Source of the DNA: a bacterium
Lineage (GTDB): Bacteria; SZUA-182; DTGQ01; JAFGSM01
Assembly (NCBI GenBank): GCA_049472355.1
Contig: JBLIRP010000020.1
Coordinates: 1-45,094 of the forward strand
Length of the DNA stretch: 45,094 nucleotides
Direction: 5' to 3'
Positions 10,982-21,373 of this stretch are shown one piece after another (position 1 is the stretch's first letter; each line of letters begins with the position of its first letter). Made by a program: the position numbers and the translations under genes. The notes beneath the pieces were generated by a model. The model did not search any database. It saw only the letters and a list, made by a program, of their open reading frames with translations, and was not told the DNA's origin.

Positions 10982-11952
10982 CCCTCCTGGAGGTTCGTTC
11001 GCTCCGGACCTCTTTCTTCGTCTCCGGCGGCATGCTCCAAGCGGTGGACGGCGTCGATGTGTCCATCGACGAGGGGGAGACCATCGGGTTGGTCGGCGAA
11101 TCGGGTTGCGGTAAGACGGTCCTCGCACTCTCCATAATCCGGCTTGTACCGGACCCTCCGGGCAGGATCATGGGCGGGGCCGTTTTCTTCAAGGGCGCCG
11201 ACCTTCTTGCCCTGAATCAGGAATCGATGAGAAAGATCAGGGGGAACGAGATATCCATGATCTTTCAGGAACCCATGACCTCGTTGAACCCGGTGTTTAC
11301 CATAGGTGATCAGATAGATGAGGTCATACGGCTCCATCAGGGGCTCGATCGAAGGAGGGCGCGGGAAAAGACCATTGAGATGCTGGAGATGGTCGGCATC
11401 CCCGACCCGGGAAAACGGGTCAATGGGTATCCCCACCAGCTTAGCGGCGGCATGCGGCAGCGCGTTATGATCGCCATGGCACTTGCCTGCGAGCCGGGGC
11501 TGCTGATCGCCGACGAGCCCACCACTGCGCTCGATGTCACCATCCAGGCCCAGATTCTGGATTTGATCGAATCATTGAAGGAGCGGATCGGGATGTCCGT
11601 GCTTATCATCACCCACGACCTGGGGGTGATTGCGGAGATCAGCCAGAAGGTCTCCGTCATGTATGCGGGCCGGATCGTGGAACATGCCCCGGTGCGCGAT
11701 CTTTTTCACCACCCTCTCCATCCCTACACGGTCGGCCTCTTGACCTCGCTTCCCCGATTGGACGAGCGGGGAGGGGCCAGACGGAGGCTTGCGGCCATTC
11801 CCGGGATGGTTCCCGATCTTCGCCTGGTGCCCAAGGGGTGTCCCTTCCAGCCTCGTTGCGATCGGGCAAGGCCGCATTGCACCGAAGAACCACCGGGGCT
11901 TATCGAGATTCAGCCGGGACATTGGGTGAGCTGCTGGGAGGCAGGCGGGTGA
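10978..11952 (+). CDS. Oligopeptide/dipeptide ABC transporter ATPase (OppD/DppD-like)
   Basis: [44 protein letters not shown] and C-terminal Cys motif; ATGA overlap. Confidence 0.93.
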   Translation: MTLLEVRSLRTSFFVSGGMLQAVDGVDVSIDEGETIGLVGESGCGKTVLALSIIRLVPDPPGRIMGGAVFFKGADLLALNQESMRKIRGNEISMIFQEPMTSLNPVFTIGDQIDEVIRLHQGLDRRRAREKTIEMLEMVGIPDPGKRVNGYPHQLSGGMRQRVMIAMALACEPGLLIADEPTTALDVTIQAQILDLIESLKERIGMSVLIITHDLGVIAEISQKVSVMYAGRIVEHAPVRDLFHHPLHPYTVGLLTSLPRLDERGGARRRLAAIPGMVPDLRLVPKGCPFQPRCDRARPHCTEEPPGLIEIQPGHWVSCWEAGG

Positions 11953-12935
11953 GCAACAACGGGCCGCTGCTGCGCGTTGAGGAACTGACCAAGCATTTTC
12001 CCGTCAGGGGAGGGGTCTTTTCCCGGGTGAAAAGGTGGGTGCGCGCAGTGGACGGGGTTTCCTTCACGCTTCCTTCGGGGAAAACCCTGGGTCTTGTTGG
12101 GGAGAGCGGCTGCGGGAAATCCACCATCGCCCGGACCATCCTCAGGCTCATGGAACCTACCGCCGGACGCATCCTTTTCCGGGGGGAGGACATTGCCGCA
12201 TGCCCGGCCCGCCGGATACGGATAATCAGAAAGAGCATCCAGATCGTATTCCAGGACCCCTATGCATCCCTGAATCCCCGTATGAATGTCGGGTCCATCG
12301 TGGGGGAGCCCCTGGTCATTCATAAGGCATACCGGGAAAGGGAGGAACTGCACGAGCGGGTGGTGTATCTTCTTGAAAAGGTGGGCCTGTCGCGGGACTG
12401 TCTGAAGAAATACCCGCATGAATTCAGCGGCGGACAGCGGCAGCGTGTAGGGATCGCCCGTGCGCTGAGCCTGAATCCGGAGCTGATCGTTGCCGATGAG
12501 CCGGTTTCGGCGCTGGATGTCTCGGTAAGGGCGCAGGTCATCAACCTGTTCAAGGACCTTCAGGAGGAATTCGGGCTCAGCTACCTGTTCATCGCCCACG
12601 ATCTGAGCCTGATCCGGCATATAAGCGATCATGTTGCAGTGATGTATCTTGGCAAGATCGTGGAGACGGCAGCGGTGGATGATCTCTTTGATTCGCCCCT
12701 CCATCCGTACACCCAGTGCCTGATTGCCGCGGTGCCGGTCCCTGATCCGGATGTGCGCACCCGGAGAATCGTCTTGAAGGGGGACGTGCCCTCCCCCATC
12801 TCTCCTCCCTCGGGGTGCCGTTTTCACACCCGGTGCCCCTATCGTATGCCCGTGTGCTCGGAGAAGGAGCCTCCCCTGGAGGAGGTGTGCACGGGACATT
12901 TCGCCGCCTGCCACCTGGTGGGCGCCAAGGCATAG
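11949..12935 (+). CDS. Oligopeptide/dipeptide ABC transporter ATPase (OppF/DppF-like)
   Basis: [55 protein letters not shown] overlap. Confidence 0.93.
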   Translation: MSNNGPLLRVEELTKHFPVRGGVFSRVKRWVRAVDGVSFTLPSGKTLGLVGESGCGKSTIARTILRLMEPTAGRILFRGEDIAACPARRIRIIRKSIQIVFQDPYASLNPRMNVGSIVGEPLVIHKAYREREELHERVVYLLEKVGLSRDCLKKYPHEFSGGQRQRVGIARALSLNPELIVADEPVSALDVSVRAQVINLFKDLQEEFGLSYLFIAHDLSLIRHISDHVAVMYLGKIVETAAVDDLFDSPLHPYTQCLIAAVPVPDPDVRTRRIVLKGDVPSPISPPSGCRFHTRCPYRMPVCSEKEPPLEEVCTGHFAACHLVGAKA

Positions 12936-13097
12936 CGAATCACTCCCCCTCCTGTTTCACGTGGAAAAATCTGTGGCTTCTTCCCATGCAGGGCCACTCC
13001 CTTCATCGATCGGTACCGGCAGGATGACCCTCAGCGAGGGATGGTATATATTGGGTTTTCAGCCGCCTCACGGGCGGCCTATCGGACTCTAATCACG

Positions 13098-14084
13098 TCA
13101 CCCCCCGCATTCGGATGGCTCACCGGGTACGGGCGGCTGCGGTGAACGGGTGACCGGTTGCGGTATGGTGATGCTCGGAAAACCCGACGAGAAGAGAAGG
13201 CCCTGGGTGGTGGGGAAGTTGAGCATTGACCGGGAACCGGTAAAGTGCGATGTGTAGGCAAGGTTCATAAAGGCCGTGGTATATGGTGTAAACTGGAATG
13301 AAGCGTTGCCGAATATTTGTTGGGTGAATTGCTGCTGAGGTTGGTAGAACATGAACGAGGTCAATGCCGTCGATGAGGTGCTGCTCGTGCTTCTGGTGGT
13401 CTGGGAGGTCTTTTTGACCTTCGGGATCTTTTGGGGATCCACCCTTTGGGTCATGGGAAGGCCCATATCCGTCCAAGACACGGAATCGTTTTCATCGGTG
13501 ATCGCATAGGTGTATTCCACCACCCGGTGATGCACGGTGGCTTCGTCACAGGAGAATCGTCCCGGGTATCCGCGATAGCCGTTGTACATGCCCTTATACC
13601 CCGATCCCTGGAACCCTCCCCTTCCCCCGGGGAAGCTCGCCGATTCCTTCAGTTTATTATCAACCTCGTAGATATTGGTAAAGCCGTTTTCCTCCAGTTG
13701 CAGCGCTGCATACGAACTTCGATTGCCGCTCCTGCATATGATGATCAGGGGTTGAGTCTTATCGTAACCGAATGTCTGCTCGAAGAGTGCCTCGAAATCG
13801 GGATTTCTTCGGTAGATCTCATTGCCTTCATCGTCGGTGCCCTCAAGAAACTCCCAGGGGATGAGATAGGCGATGGGTTCTCCGTCAGGCTCCAAGGCGG
13901 CGTTTCCCACAAAGACATACTCCTCCAGCGTCCTTACATCGACCAGGGTTGCCTCGTCGTTTTGTACCATTTCATAGGCCTCATAGGCGGTTATCAGCTC
14001 AAAGGCACGTGCACCTTGCAGAAGAATGCCGGTGACAAGGAGTAACACACAGAAAAGAACTAAAGAGAGCCTTGCGTCTTTCAT
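13098..14084 (-). CDS. Secreted rhodanese-domain protein with S/T/Q/F-rich C-terminal tail
   Basis: Signal peptide ending ARA|F; LVDVRT..EY and active-site loop ICRSGNRS; RBS AAGGAGG before ATG 14084. Confidence 0.8.
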   Translation of the reverse strand: MKDARLSLVLFCVLLLVTGILLQGARAFELITAYEAYEMVQNDEATLVDVRTLEEYVFVGNAALEPDGEPIAYLIPWEFLEGTDDEGNEIYRRNPDFEALFEQTFGYDKTQPLIIICRSGNRSSYAALQLEENGFTNIYEVDNKLKESASFPGGRGGFQGSGYKGMYNGYRGYPGRFSCDEATVHHRVVEYTYAITDENDSVSWTDMGLPMTQRVDPQKIPKVKKTSQTTRSTSSTSSTALTSFMFYQPQQQFTQQIFGNASFQFTPYTTAFMNLAYTSHFTGSRSMLNFPTTQGLLFSSGFPSITIPQPVTRSPQPPVPGEPSECGG

Positions 14085-14270
14085 CGCCAACCTCCTTAAA
14101 CTTGAGGTAAGTGAAGGTTTTCCGGAACCTTTATCTATGAACACGCAAAATAGCGATCATTAAATCCCTTTTGTACCGGGATATGATTGAGAGATTGTTT
14201 TTACTATGAACGAAGCAGTGATTGAACGTAATCACTACGATGACGACGAAGTCTATTAGAATATGTTAAT

Positions 14271-14299
14271 ATTATAATTATTCCGTCTGTACATGTCAA
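14271..14299 (-). promoter_or_regulatory. Perfect-consensus sigma70 promoter of the rhodanese gene
   Basis: Minus strand TTGACA-17 nt-TATAAT. Confidence 0.8.
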
Positions 14300-14495
14300 A
14301 TTCAAATTGATCATTTTCAGATGCGCGTTGAATCACGATGCCTTACACTGAAAACCAGGGGTTCGATACGAACCCGCAAGTCCGAGTTGAGAGGATCTTG
14401 TAGCCCTGTATTTTACAAAAAAAAGGGAACAAACGGAAGACCTCCGGTAAGGCAAATTTTTTATGGGTTGTATAGGGAGATAGAGGGATGCCGGC

Positions 14496-16991
14496 TCAAT
14501 TCCCGCTGTTCGATCCCACCATCTTCTCGATCAGTTGGCTGATCCGTGGGTTGGTGCAGACCTCGAAGTAGCGCCGGGGGGTCCACTCTATGAAGTGGAA
14601 ATCGTGGGGATCGACCCGGGCCACCTGTGCCTCGCGGATATAGAGATTCTGGTAGCCTCCGGTCACGGTGGGGAAGCTCCCTGTGTGTATCCAGGTCTTT
14701 TCCTTCCACAGACCCGGCATGGTGAGCTCGAAGCAGCGGAGGGATATCTCCTTGCCCAGCTTGACGAATGCCTCCTCATTGATCTGTATCCCGTTGACAT
14801 TGTAACGGACGAGCTGTTCATCGGCGATCTTCGGATCGATCTCCTCGTCAGGGATGGATTGAAACACGTAGAGGTTAAAGGGGAGGTTCTTGTCACCCAG
14901 TGACTTGCGAATCGTTTTGGCGCAGCTCGATAGGCGGTCGGAAAGGTTGAGTGCGGGGGAGATCATGATGCGGTTAGTGCCGTCGAACAAAAACATGGGT
15001 GATGCATCCATGAAGCAGATGCCGATGCCGAGTTCGAGGATGGGGAGCTTGTTTTTGATGCATTCCTCGTTGTAATGCTTGATGATGCGCAGCATGTTCT
15101 GGGCGAGGCCGCATGCCCTGGCCACGGTGTACCAGTTGGTGGCCCCGGCCTTTTCGAATATGGAGAGGATATAGGCGTCCCCCTCCACAAAGATCTTGAT
15201 GGCGTCGTACACGGGGAGGATCTCGGAGATGGGCATGAAGAAGTTCATGCTGAAATGGGACGCGGGATTCAGTCCTCGTTCGTTCATGATCAGGGTGATC
15301 TTGGTGGACCCGCGAACATCCGCCTTGAGGACCACATGGCTGGTGATGCCCGCCTCCCGATTTTCCTCCTCTTCCGGGAGCAGGAGTTCGTAGAGCGTGC
15401 GGTTGATACGGGACATCTCGATGATATTTTCCTTGTCCAGGAGGTTCACGCGATCCATCAGTGCGGTCATGAGATGGTGGTTCCTCAGGTCTCGATGGTA
15501 GCGGGAGAAATCCTTCAAAAAGCGGATCAGATAGCGCCTTCTGCCGTCTCCGTTCATACCTTCGATAGCATCCGCCCTGTCCAAGAGGGGATTGAGGTTC
15601 GTGCCGGGGTAGAAACGCTTCACCTGGTCGGCAAGCCTCCTTCGTTCCTTGGGGTCCAGGAGGAAATTCTGCATCTGGCGGGGATTGAGGGTGGAGGCGT
15701 ACTGGGGGATGAGGGGCACCATTTCATAGGAGGCAACAAAAATGTCGAGAAGCCCCGGTTTTTCGAATTTCTCGTAGACAAGCCCGAAGAGCCTCTTCTG
15801 TGCCTTTATCTGCCCCTTTTTGTACTGGAGGGTGTCCCTGAGCTCCTTCTTCTTCTTGATCTCCTTGCATTCCTCCTTGGTGGTGAAGTAATCGAAGAGC
15901 GTCCCGATGTTGGCCTCATGGGATATCCATCCATCAATCTTCGCCTGATATTCCGCGCAGGCTGCATCTATCTCTCCCTTGACGGAGAGATATTTCTTTT
16001 CCCTCTCCTCCAGCTTCTTCGAGACGTGCTCGATCCTTGAGGAGAGCGCCTGCATCCGGCGATCCCTGTTCCATTTGAACAGGAATCCCCTTTTGTTCGT
16101 CAGCCGCTCCCGCTTCGCATGAAGGAGGTTTGTGCGTGCCTTCAGCTCTGAAAGGTTCTTCTCCAGGCCGATCATTTCCGGCCGCCTCTTCAGCGCCGCC
16201 TTGAGTATCCTGTTATCACCGTCCAGCTCACGGAAAAGATCGACCACCAGATCGCGCAGCACCTCATAGCGATCCGCATCCTCTTCCCGGTCGCCTAAAA
16301 AGACGTATTTTTCGAATAACACCTTTTCATCGTTGACATTGGTGGCATAGAGGAGCGGGTTGAAGAAGACCTCGTGGGGACAAGCCCACTGGTCTCCAAA
16401 GAGGGACTCGAGCATCTTGTCCAATTCCGCCTTGTACAGCCAGTGGATGGATTCCGCGAGTTCACCGACGGTCTCCTTGAAAAGGGTGTTTCTGAGTTTT
16501 TTTGTATCCCCCACCTTCTGAACGGTGTTTGATACGCTTTCCGTGGTAAACCCATAGCGGTTTTCCTGATATTTGACGTAATCCTCGATATAGGTTATCA
16601 GGGAGACAAATTGCTCCTCGAATGCCTGCATGATGAATTTGATGAAGGCGATGTTGGTCAGGAGGAAGAGATCGAAGTTTTGCTGGCTGTTTGCCTGCTT
16701 GAGCACATTTTTGAGGATCTCGCTGCAGATCCTCTTGAATTCCTCCTTCTCGGACTGCTTCGTCTCCTTCTTGTCCAGATCCACGAGATCGGACGTATTG
16801 GTCTTTTCGGCAAGGATGCGCTTGATGAGATTTGTGGTGGCCTGCTGAAGCCTCGGGCTTATAAGGACATCGTGACGCACGTTGTCCACGCCCGGCATGA
16901 GGTGATCAAGCTTGATCTCCACCCTGTAACTCTGCAAGGGGAATGAACTCAGGAGGGGGATGGACCCGTTTTTCCTAAAAGGATTCAGCAT
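14496..16991 (-). CDS. Large helical protein with C-terminal class III nucleotidyl cyclase-like domain
   Basis: VVLKADVRGST, KIFVEGDA, LGIGI and ALNLSDRLS match the class III cyclase motifs; coiled-coil-like middle region; RBS GGGAGG. Confidence 0.7.
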   Translation of the reverse strand: MLNPFRKNGSIPLLSSFPLQSYRVEIKLDHLMPGVDNVRHDVLISPRLQQATTNLIKRILAEKTNTSDLVDLDKKETKQSEKEEFKRICSEILKNVLKQANSQQNFDLFLLTNIAFIKFIMQAFEEQFVSLITYIEDYVKYQENRYGFTTESVSNTVQKVGDTKKLRNTLFKETVGELAESIHWLYKAELDKMLESLFGDQWACPHEVFFNPLLYATNVNDEKVLFEKYVFLGDREEDADRYEVLRDLVVDLFRELDGDNRILKAALKRRPEMIGLEKNLSELKARTNLLHAKRERLTNKRGFLFKWNRDRRMQALSSRIEHVSKKLEEREKKYLSVKGEIDAACAEYQAKIDGWISHEANIGTLFDYFTTKEECKEIKKKKELRDTLQYKKGQIKAQKRLFGLVYEKFEKPGLLDIFVASYEMVPLIPQYASTLNPRQMQNFLLDPKERRRLADQVKRFYPGTNLNPLLDRADAIEGMNGDGRRRYLIRFLKDFSRYHRDLRNHHLMTALMDRVNLLDKENIIEMSRINRTLYELLLPEEEENREAGITSHVVLKADVRGSTKITLIMNERGLNPASHFSMNFFMPISEILPVYDAIKIFVEGDAYILSIFEKAGATNWYTVARACGLAQNMLRIIKHYNEECIKNKLPILELGIGICFMDASPMFLFDGTNRIMISPALNLSDRLSSCAKTIRKSLGDKNLPFNLYVFQSIPDEEIDPKIADEQLVRYNVNGIQINEEAFVKLGKEISLRCFELTMPGLWKEKTWIHTGSFPTVTGGYQNLYIREAQVARVDPHDFHFIEWTPRRYFEVCTNPRISQLIEKMVGSNSGN

Positions 16992-17207
16992 GGCAGCTCA
17001 TCGCCTCCCCTTTGCCGTGTCTTTGCAGGTAATATCCTCTCTCCCGTTCCAAAAAAACAAGGAATTATTGCCGAGGATTCAGGTTGCGGTGATCATCCGT
17101 ACAGGGCCGAAAAAATATACCCTTATCAATGTAATTACTTTTCGGCCATTGCAGGGCGCCTCATCGATTCGCCATGATGACACGGGAGGGAAGCCGGGGT
17201 GGATAAA

Positions 17208-18647
17208 TCATTCACGCTCCCTGCCGAGGTCGTCCTCTATGCCGTACCGCTCCATCTTGTTTCGCAGGGTGTTGCGGTTGATGCCGAGCAGCGAGGCCGC
17301 CTGGACCTTGTTGCCGCCGGTGAGTCGAACGGCCCGCTCGATCATTTCCCTTTCAAGCAGTGAGATGATGTCAATGTTCGGATTTTCCTTGATAGCCCTT
17401 ATAATCAATTTAAATAGTTGGTCGAGCAGGGGTCCCATGGCATTTTCGATGTCCTCGCCGACGCATTCCGGGGTCCCGGATACGGCCCGTATCTGCTCGG
17501 GGAGGTGCTCCGTGAGGATCTCGTTTCCCTTGCAGAGCACCAAGGCCCTCTTGATGGCATTTTCCAGTTCCCTGATATTCCCCGGCCATCGGTAGTTGGT
17601 GAGGGTTTCCAGCGCCTCCCGGCTTATGCCGAGGACCTCCTTGCGCAGTTCCCTGGTAAACCGGGACAGAAAATAGGCCACCAGGTGCGGGATGTCCTCC
17701 CTCCTCTCGCGGAGCGGGGGGAGGTGTATGGTCACCACGTTCAACCGGTAGTACAGGTCCTCCCTGAACCATCCCTCCGTCACCCCCGATTCCAGGTTTT
17801 TGTTGGTCGCGGCGAGCAGGCGCACATCCACCCGGATGGTTTCGCTGCCCCCCAGTCTTTGGATCTCCCCCTCCTGGATGAAACGAAGGATCTTTGCCTG
17901 GACATGGATCGGCATGTCCCCGATCTCGTCAAGGAAGATCGTGCCGGTATGCGCCTGCTCGAATCTGCCGATCCTCCGGTGCTCGGCGCCGGTGTATGCC
18001 CCCCGCTCATGGCCGAACAGCTCGCTCTCCAGGAGGTTTTCCGGGATGGCGGCGCAATTGATGGAGAGGAAGGGACGGGTGTTGCGCAGGCTGTGGTTGT
18101 AGATGGCCCGGGCAACCAGTTCCTTTCCGGTGCCGCTCTCACCCGTGATCAGCACGTTGACCTCTTTTCCCGCGATCTGCCCGATGGTCTTATAGACCTC
18201 CTGCATGGTGGTCGAATCCCCGATTATGCTCTCCCCCTCCCATTGAGCGGTCTGAAAGCTCACCGGATTCCGAATCGACTGGGCCACCTGGAGGGCCTTG
18301 TCGATGGTTGCCCACATGGTGTTGATATCGAATGGCTTCTGCAGGTAATCGAATGCCCCCAGCTTCATGGCCCGGATGGCCCGTTCGGTGGTGCCGTGAG
18401 CGGTGACCATGATGACGGTCAGGTGCGGGAAGTCCTTCTTGATGGCCTCCAGGAGGTCCAGTCCGGAGACGCCGGGCATGACGATGTCGATCAGGGCGAC
18501 ATCGGGCGACGCCCCCTGATTCAGCAACTCGAGTGCCTCGCGGCCGTTTCGGGCGGTTATGGTCTGAAAGCCCCGTTCTTCGATCATCCGCTTTAAGGAG
18601 TAGCGTACCCCTCGATCATCATCCACGATCAATATGGTCTCAGACAT
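17208..18647 (-). CDS. Sigma54-dependent response regulator, NtrC/AtoC family (REC-AAA+-Fis HTH)
   Basis: [62 protein letters not shown]. Confidence 0.95.
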   Translation of the reverse strand: MSETILIVDDDRGVRYSLKRMIEERGFQTITARNGREALELLNQGASPDVALIDIVMPGVSGLDLLEAIKKDFPHLTVIMVTAHGTTERAIRAMKLGAFDYLQKPFDINTMWATIDKALQVAQSIRNPVSFQTAQWEGESIIGDSTTMQEVYKTIGQIAGKEVNVLITGESGTGKELVARAIYNHSLRNTRPFLSINCAAIPENLLESELFGHERGAYTGAEHRRIGRFEQAHTGTIFLDEIGDMPIHVQAKILRFIQEGEIQRLGGSETIRVDVRLLAATNKNLESGVTEGWFREDLYYRLNVVTIHLPPLRERREDIPHLVAYFLSRFTRELRKEVLGISREALETLTNYRWPGNIRELENAIKRALVLCKGNEILTEHLPEQIRAVSGTPECVGEDIENAMGPLLDQLFKLIIRAIKENPNIDIISLLEREMIERAVRLTGGNKVQAASLLGINRNTLRNKMERYGIEDDLGRERE

Positions 18648-18650
18648 GGG

Positions 18651-21350
18651 TCAACCCCTCTCGGAATATGCCAGCGGCAAGGTGATGGTGAACGTGGTCC
18701 CCTCCCCTTCCATGCTTTTCACATGGATCGTGCCATGGTGTGCCTGTATGATCCTCTTGGCGATGGAGAGGCCCAGGCCGATGCCCTCCTCCTTGGTGGT
18801 GAAAAACGGCTCGAAGAGTCGCTGTTTGACCGGTTCGGAAATGCCCGGCCCGTGGTCCCGAAAGGATATGCGCACGTGATCATCCGTGACCGCGACGGCA
18901 ATGGAGAGTGTCCCCCCGTCGGACATGGCCTGCATGGCATTGAGGGTCATATTGAGGAACACCTGCTTCACCTGGTCCCGGTCTGCGCAAATGGTCGGTG
19001 AGTCACGGAGGTCCGTTTCTATTCGGATGTCGTGTTCCTTCAGCTCGTGAGAGATCAGGAGGAGGGTTTCCTCGATGAGCCCGGCTATGTCCACCTGTTC
19101 CATGGCCGGCTGCCTCGGCCGGGCAAAATCGAGGAATTGCATGATTATCTGGTTGATCCGCTCGATTTCGTTCTCGATGACCGCGATATCCTCCTTCCGC
19201 ATATCACCGGGGGAAAGCCGTTCCTTCAGGGAATGGATGAGGATTCGAATGCTGGTCAAGGGATTGCGTATCTCATGGGCCACGCCGGCGGAAAGCTGGC
19301 CCAGGGCGGAGAGGCGGCTCGATTGAATCAACTGCTCCTGTGTCTTCCTGAGGTCGTCCGTTGCATGCCTCACCCGTTCTTCCAATTCCTCGTTGAATTG
19401 CTTCAGCTCACTGTAGAGCTGCGCATTCTCGATGGCGAGCCCTGCCTGGCCGGCAAAGGTGACCAGGGATTCCACCTTTTCCTGGGTGATGATCTTGTCG
19501 CGGTAGATATAATCGGCGGAAATGGCCCCCATGATCCGGTCCTTCCCCTGGAGGGGGACCGCCACAAAGGATTTGAGGTTAAAGATCCGTTTGAGCTCGA
19601 CATTGACCCGGGGATCGTTCATGGCATCCTGGATGATGTAGGGTTTTTTTTCTGCAACCACCCGGGCGATGAGGCTTCGTTTCGTATCGAGGGGCAGGGT
19701 GATCATCGGGACGATGTCCTGGTCGATCCCCACCGCCATCCTGCATTCAAGGATACGATCCTTTTCGTTCACCAGGTAGAGCCGTGCCCGGTCGAATCCG
19801 ATGCAGTGGGTGACCCCCTCGAGGATGAGGTGCAGTATGTCATCCAGGTTCAGGCTGTGCATGGAACGGCTGATCGCGTGGAGCACGGAGAGCTCCCTGA
19901 CCCGTTTCAATTCGTTGAAGATGAGGTCCTGTTTCCGCTGAAATTCGTCAAACAGGGGATAGGAGCTCATCATGTGCTCGCTCGAGTCCAGTCCCCGGAT
20001 CTCCTCTTCGACGGAGACCCGCAGGCCGATGACCCGGTCGATGCCATAGAACACCGCAAGGGCCACCCCGAAGCTCCATGCGCATACCACCAGGACACCC
20101 AGGGACTGTATCGCCAGGGGGCGTATGCCCCCCCCGAAGAAGAGCCCTCTGTAAGGTATCCCGAGGCAGTTCATGCTGAATTCCTCCTGGGCAAAGAGGG
20201 CCACCGCCAGCGTCCCCCACACCCCGTTGGTTCCGTGCACGGAGATGGCGCCCACCGCGTCGTCCAGGTTGAATCGTTCCAGGAGCCTCATGGAAAGCGC
20301 CAGGATGATCCCTGCCGAAGCCCCGATGGCCAGGGAGGAAACGGGTCCCACCAGGGCCGATGTCGCCGTGCTGGTGACCAGGCCGGCAAGCACGCCGTTC
20401 AGGGTCATTCCCACATCGGGCTTTCCCCTGATCCACCATGTATAGAGCATGACGGCAAGGGAACCGCTCACGCCGGAGAGGATGGTGTTGACGGCGATGA
20501 ATGCGATACCGGGATTGGTCCCCGAGAGCACGCTTCCGGTATTGAATCCGAACCAGCCGAGCCACATGATGAACATCCCCAGCGCTGCAAGGGGAATGTT
20601 GTGGCCGGGTATGGGAAGGGATTTGCCCTTCCGGTCGAATCTCCCTATCCTGGGGCCGAGCACCACGATCCCCGCCAGGGACACCCAGCCGCCCAGGGAA
20701 TGCACCACCGAGGAGCCGGCGAAATCCATCATGCCGATACGGGAAAGCCACCCGCCCCCCCATATCCAGTGCCCGACGACCGGGTAAATCAAGGCGCTGA
20801 CAATGAGGCTGTAGATGAGGTAGCCGACGAATTTCGTCCTCTCCGCCATGGCCCCGGAGACGATGGTGGCGGCGGTGCCGGCAAAGACCACCTGGAAGAT
20901 GAGGTTGGCGAACAGCCGGTTGTTGACGGTGCCCCCCTGCATGATGTGGCTGAGGAAGAAATCGGAAGCTCCGAACAACCCGCGGAAGCTGGTGCCGAAC
21001 ATCAGGCCGTACCCCAGAAAGAGAAACACGACGGAGCCCACGGTAAAGTCGGAGAGGTTCTTCATGACGATGTTGCCCGCATTCTTTGCCCTGGTGAACC
21101 CGATCTCGATGAGGGTGAAACCGGCCTGCATGAAGAAGATGAGGAGGGAGGCGACGAGGAGCCAGATGATATCCAGTGCCTGGGCGTTTACGGTGATGGC
21201 CTTGACGTGCTCCGGGGTGAACCCGGTTTCAGGCCGGGCCGCGCAGGGGATGCACAGGAGGATCACAAGGGCGACGATGACGGCGCTGCAGCGCCGGGGG
21301 AAATCTATCGCCCCGTTGTTCCTGAGAATTCTCTGCACATCGTTATCCAT
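18651..21350 (-). CDS. Ammonium transporter (Amt)-GAF-histidine kinase fusion
   Basis: Amt motifs FMQAGF, DFAGSSVVH, WFGFN, DDAVGAISVH; then a GAF domain (FVAVPL, FAGQAGLAIENA), H-box AHEIRNPL, N-box, FEPFFTTK and GLGL. Confidence 0.92.
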   Translation of the reverse strand: MDNDVQRILRNNGAIDFPRRCSAVIVALVILLCIPCAARPETGFTPEHVKAITVNAQALDIIWLLVASLLIFFMQAGFTLIEIGFTRAKNAGNIVMKNLSDFTVGSVVFLFLGYGLMFGTSFRGLFGASDFFLSHIMQGGTVNNRLFANLIFQVVFAGTAATIVSGAMAERTKFVGYLIYSLIVSALIYPVVGHWIWGGGWLSRIGMMDFAGSSVVHSLGGWVSLAGIVVLGPRIGRFDRKGKSLPIPGHNIPLAALGMFIMWLGWFGFNTGSVLSGTNPGIAFIAVNTILSGVSGSLAVMLYTWWIRGKPDVGMTLNGVLAGLVTSTATSALVGPVSSLAIGASAGIILALSMRLLERFNLDDAVGAISVHGTNGVWGTLAVALFAQEEFSMNCLGIPYRGLFFGGGIRPLAIQSLGVLVVCAWSFGVALAVFYGIDRVIGLRVSVEEEIRGLDSSEHMMSSYPLFDEFQRKQDLIFNELKRVRELSVLHAISRSMHSLNLDDILHLILEGVTHCIGFDRARLYLVNEKDRILECRMAVGIDQDIVPMITLPLDTKRSLIARVVAEKKPYIIQDAMNDPRVNVELKRIFNLKSFVAVPLQGKDRIMGAISADYIYRDKIITQEKVESLVTFAGQAGLAIENAQLYSELKQFNEELEERVRHATDDLRKTQEQLIQSSRLSALGQLSAGVAHEIRNPLTSIRILIHSLKERLSPGDMRKEDIAVIENEIERINQIIMQFLDFARPRQPAMEQVDIAGLIEETLLLISHELKEHDIRIETDLRDSPTICADRDQVKQVFLNMTLNAMQAMSDGGTLSIAVAVTDDHVRISFRDHGPGISEPVKQRLFEPFFTTKEEGIGLGLSIAKRIIQAHHGTIHVKSMEGEGTTFTITLPLAYSERG

Positions 21351-21373
21351 ATTTTTCTAAAACCACGGGATTT

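Noticed and set aside
14496..16991. Calling the cyclase a Pycsar defence system
   Set aside because: No adjacent TIR or transmembrane cNMP-binding effector, the protein is much larger than PycC, and the context is not a defence island.
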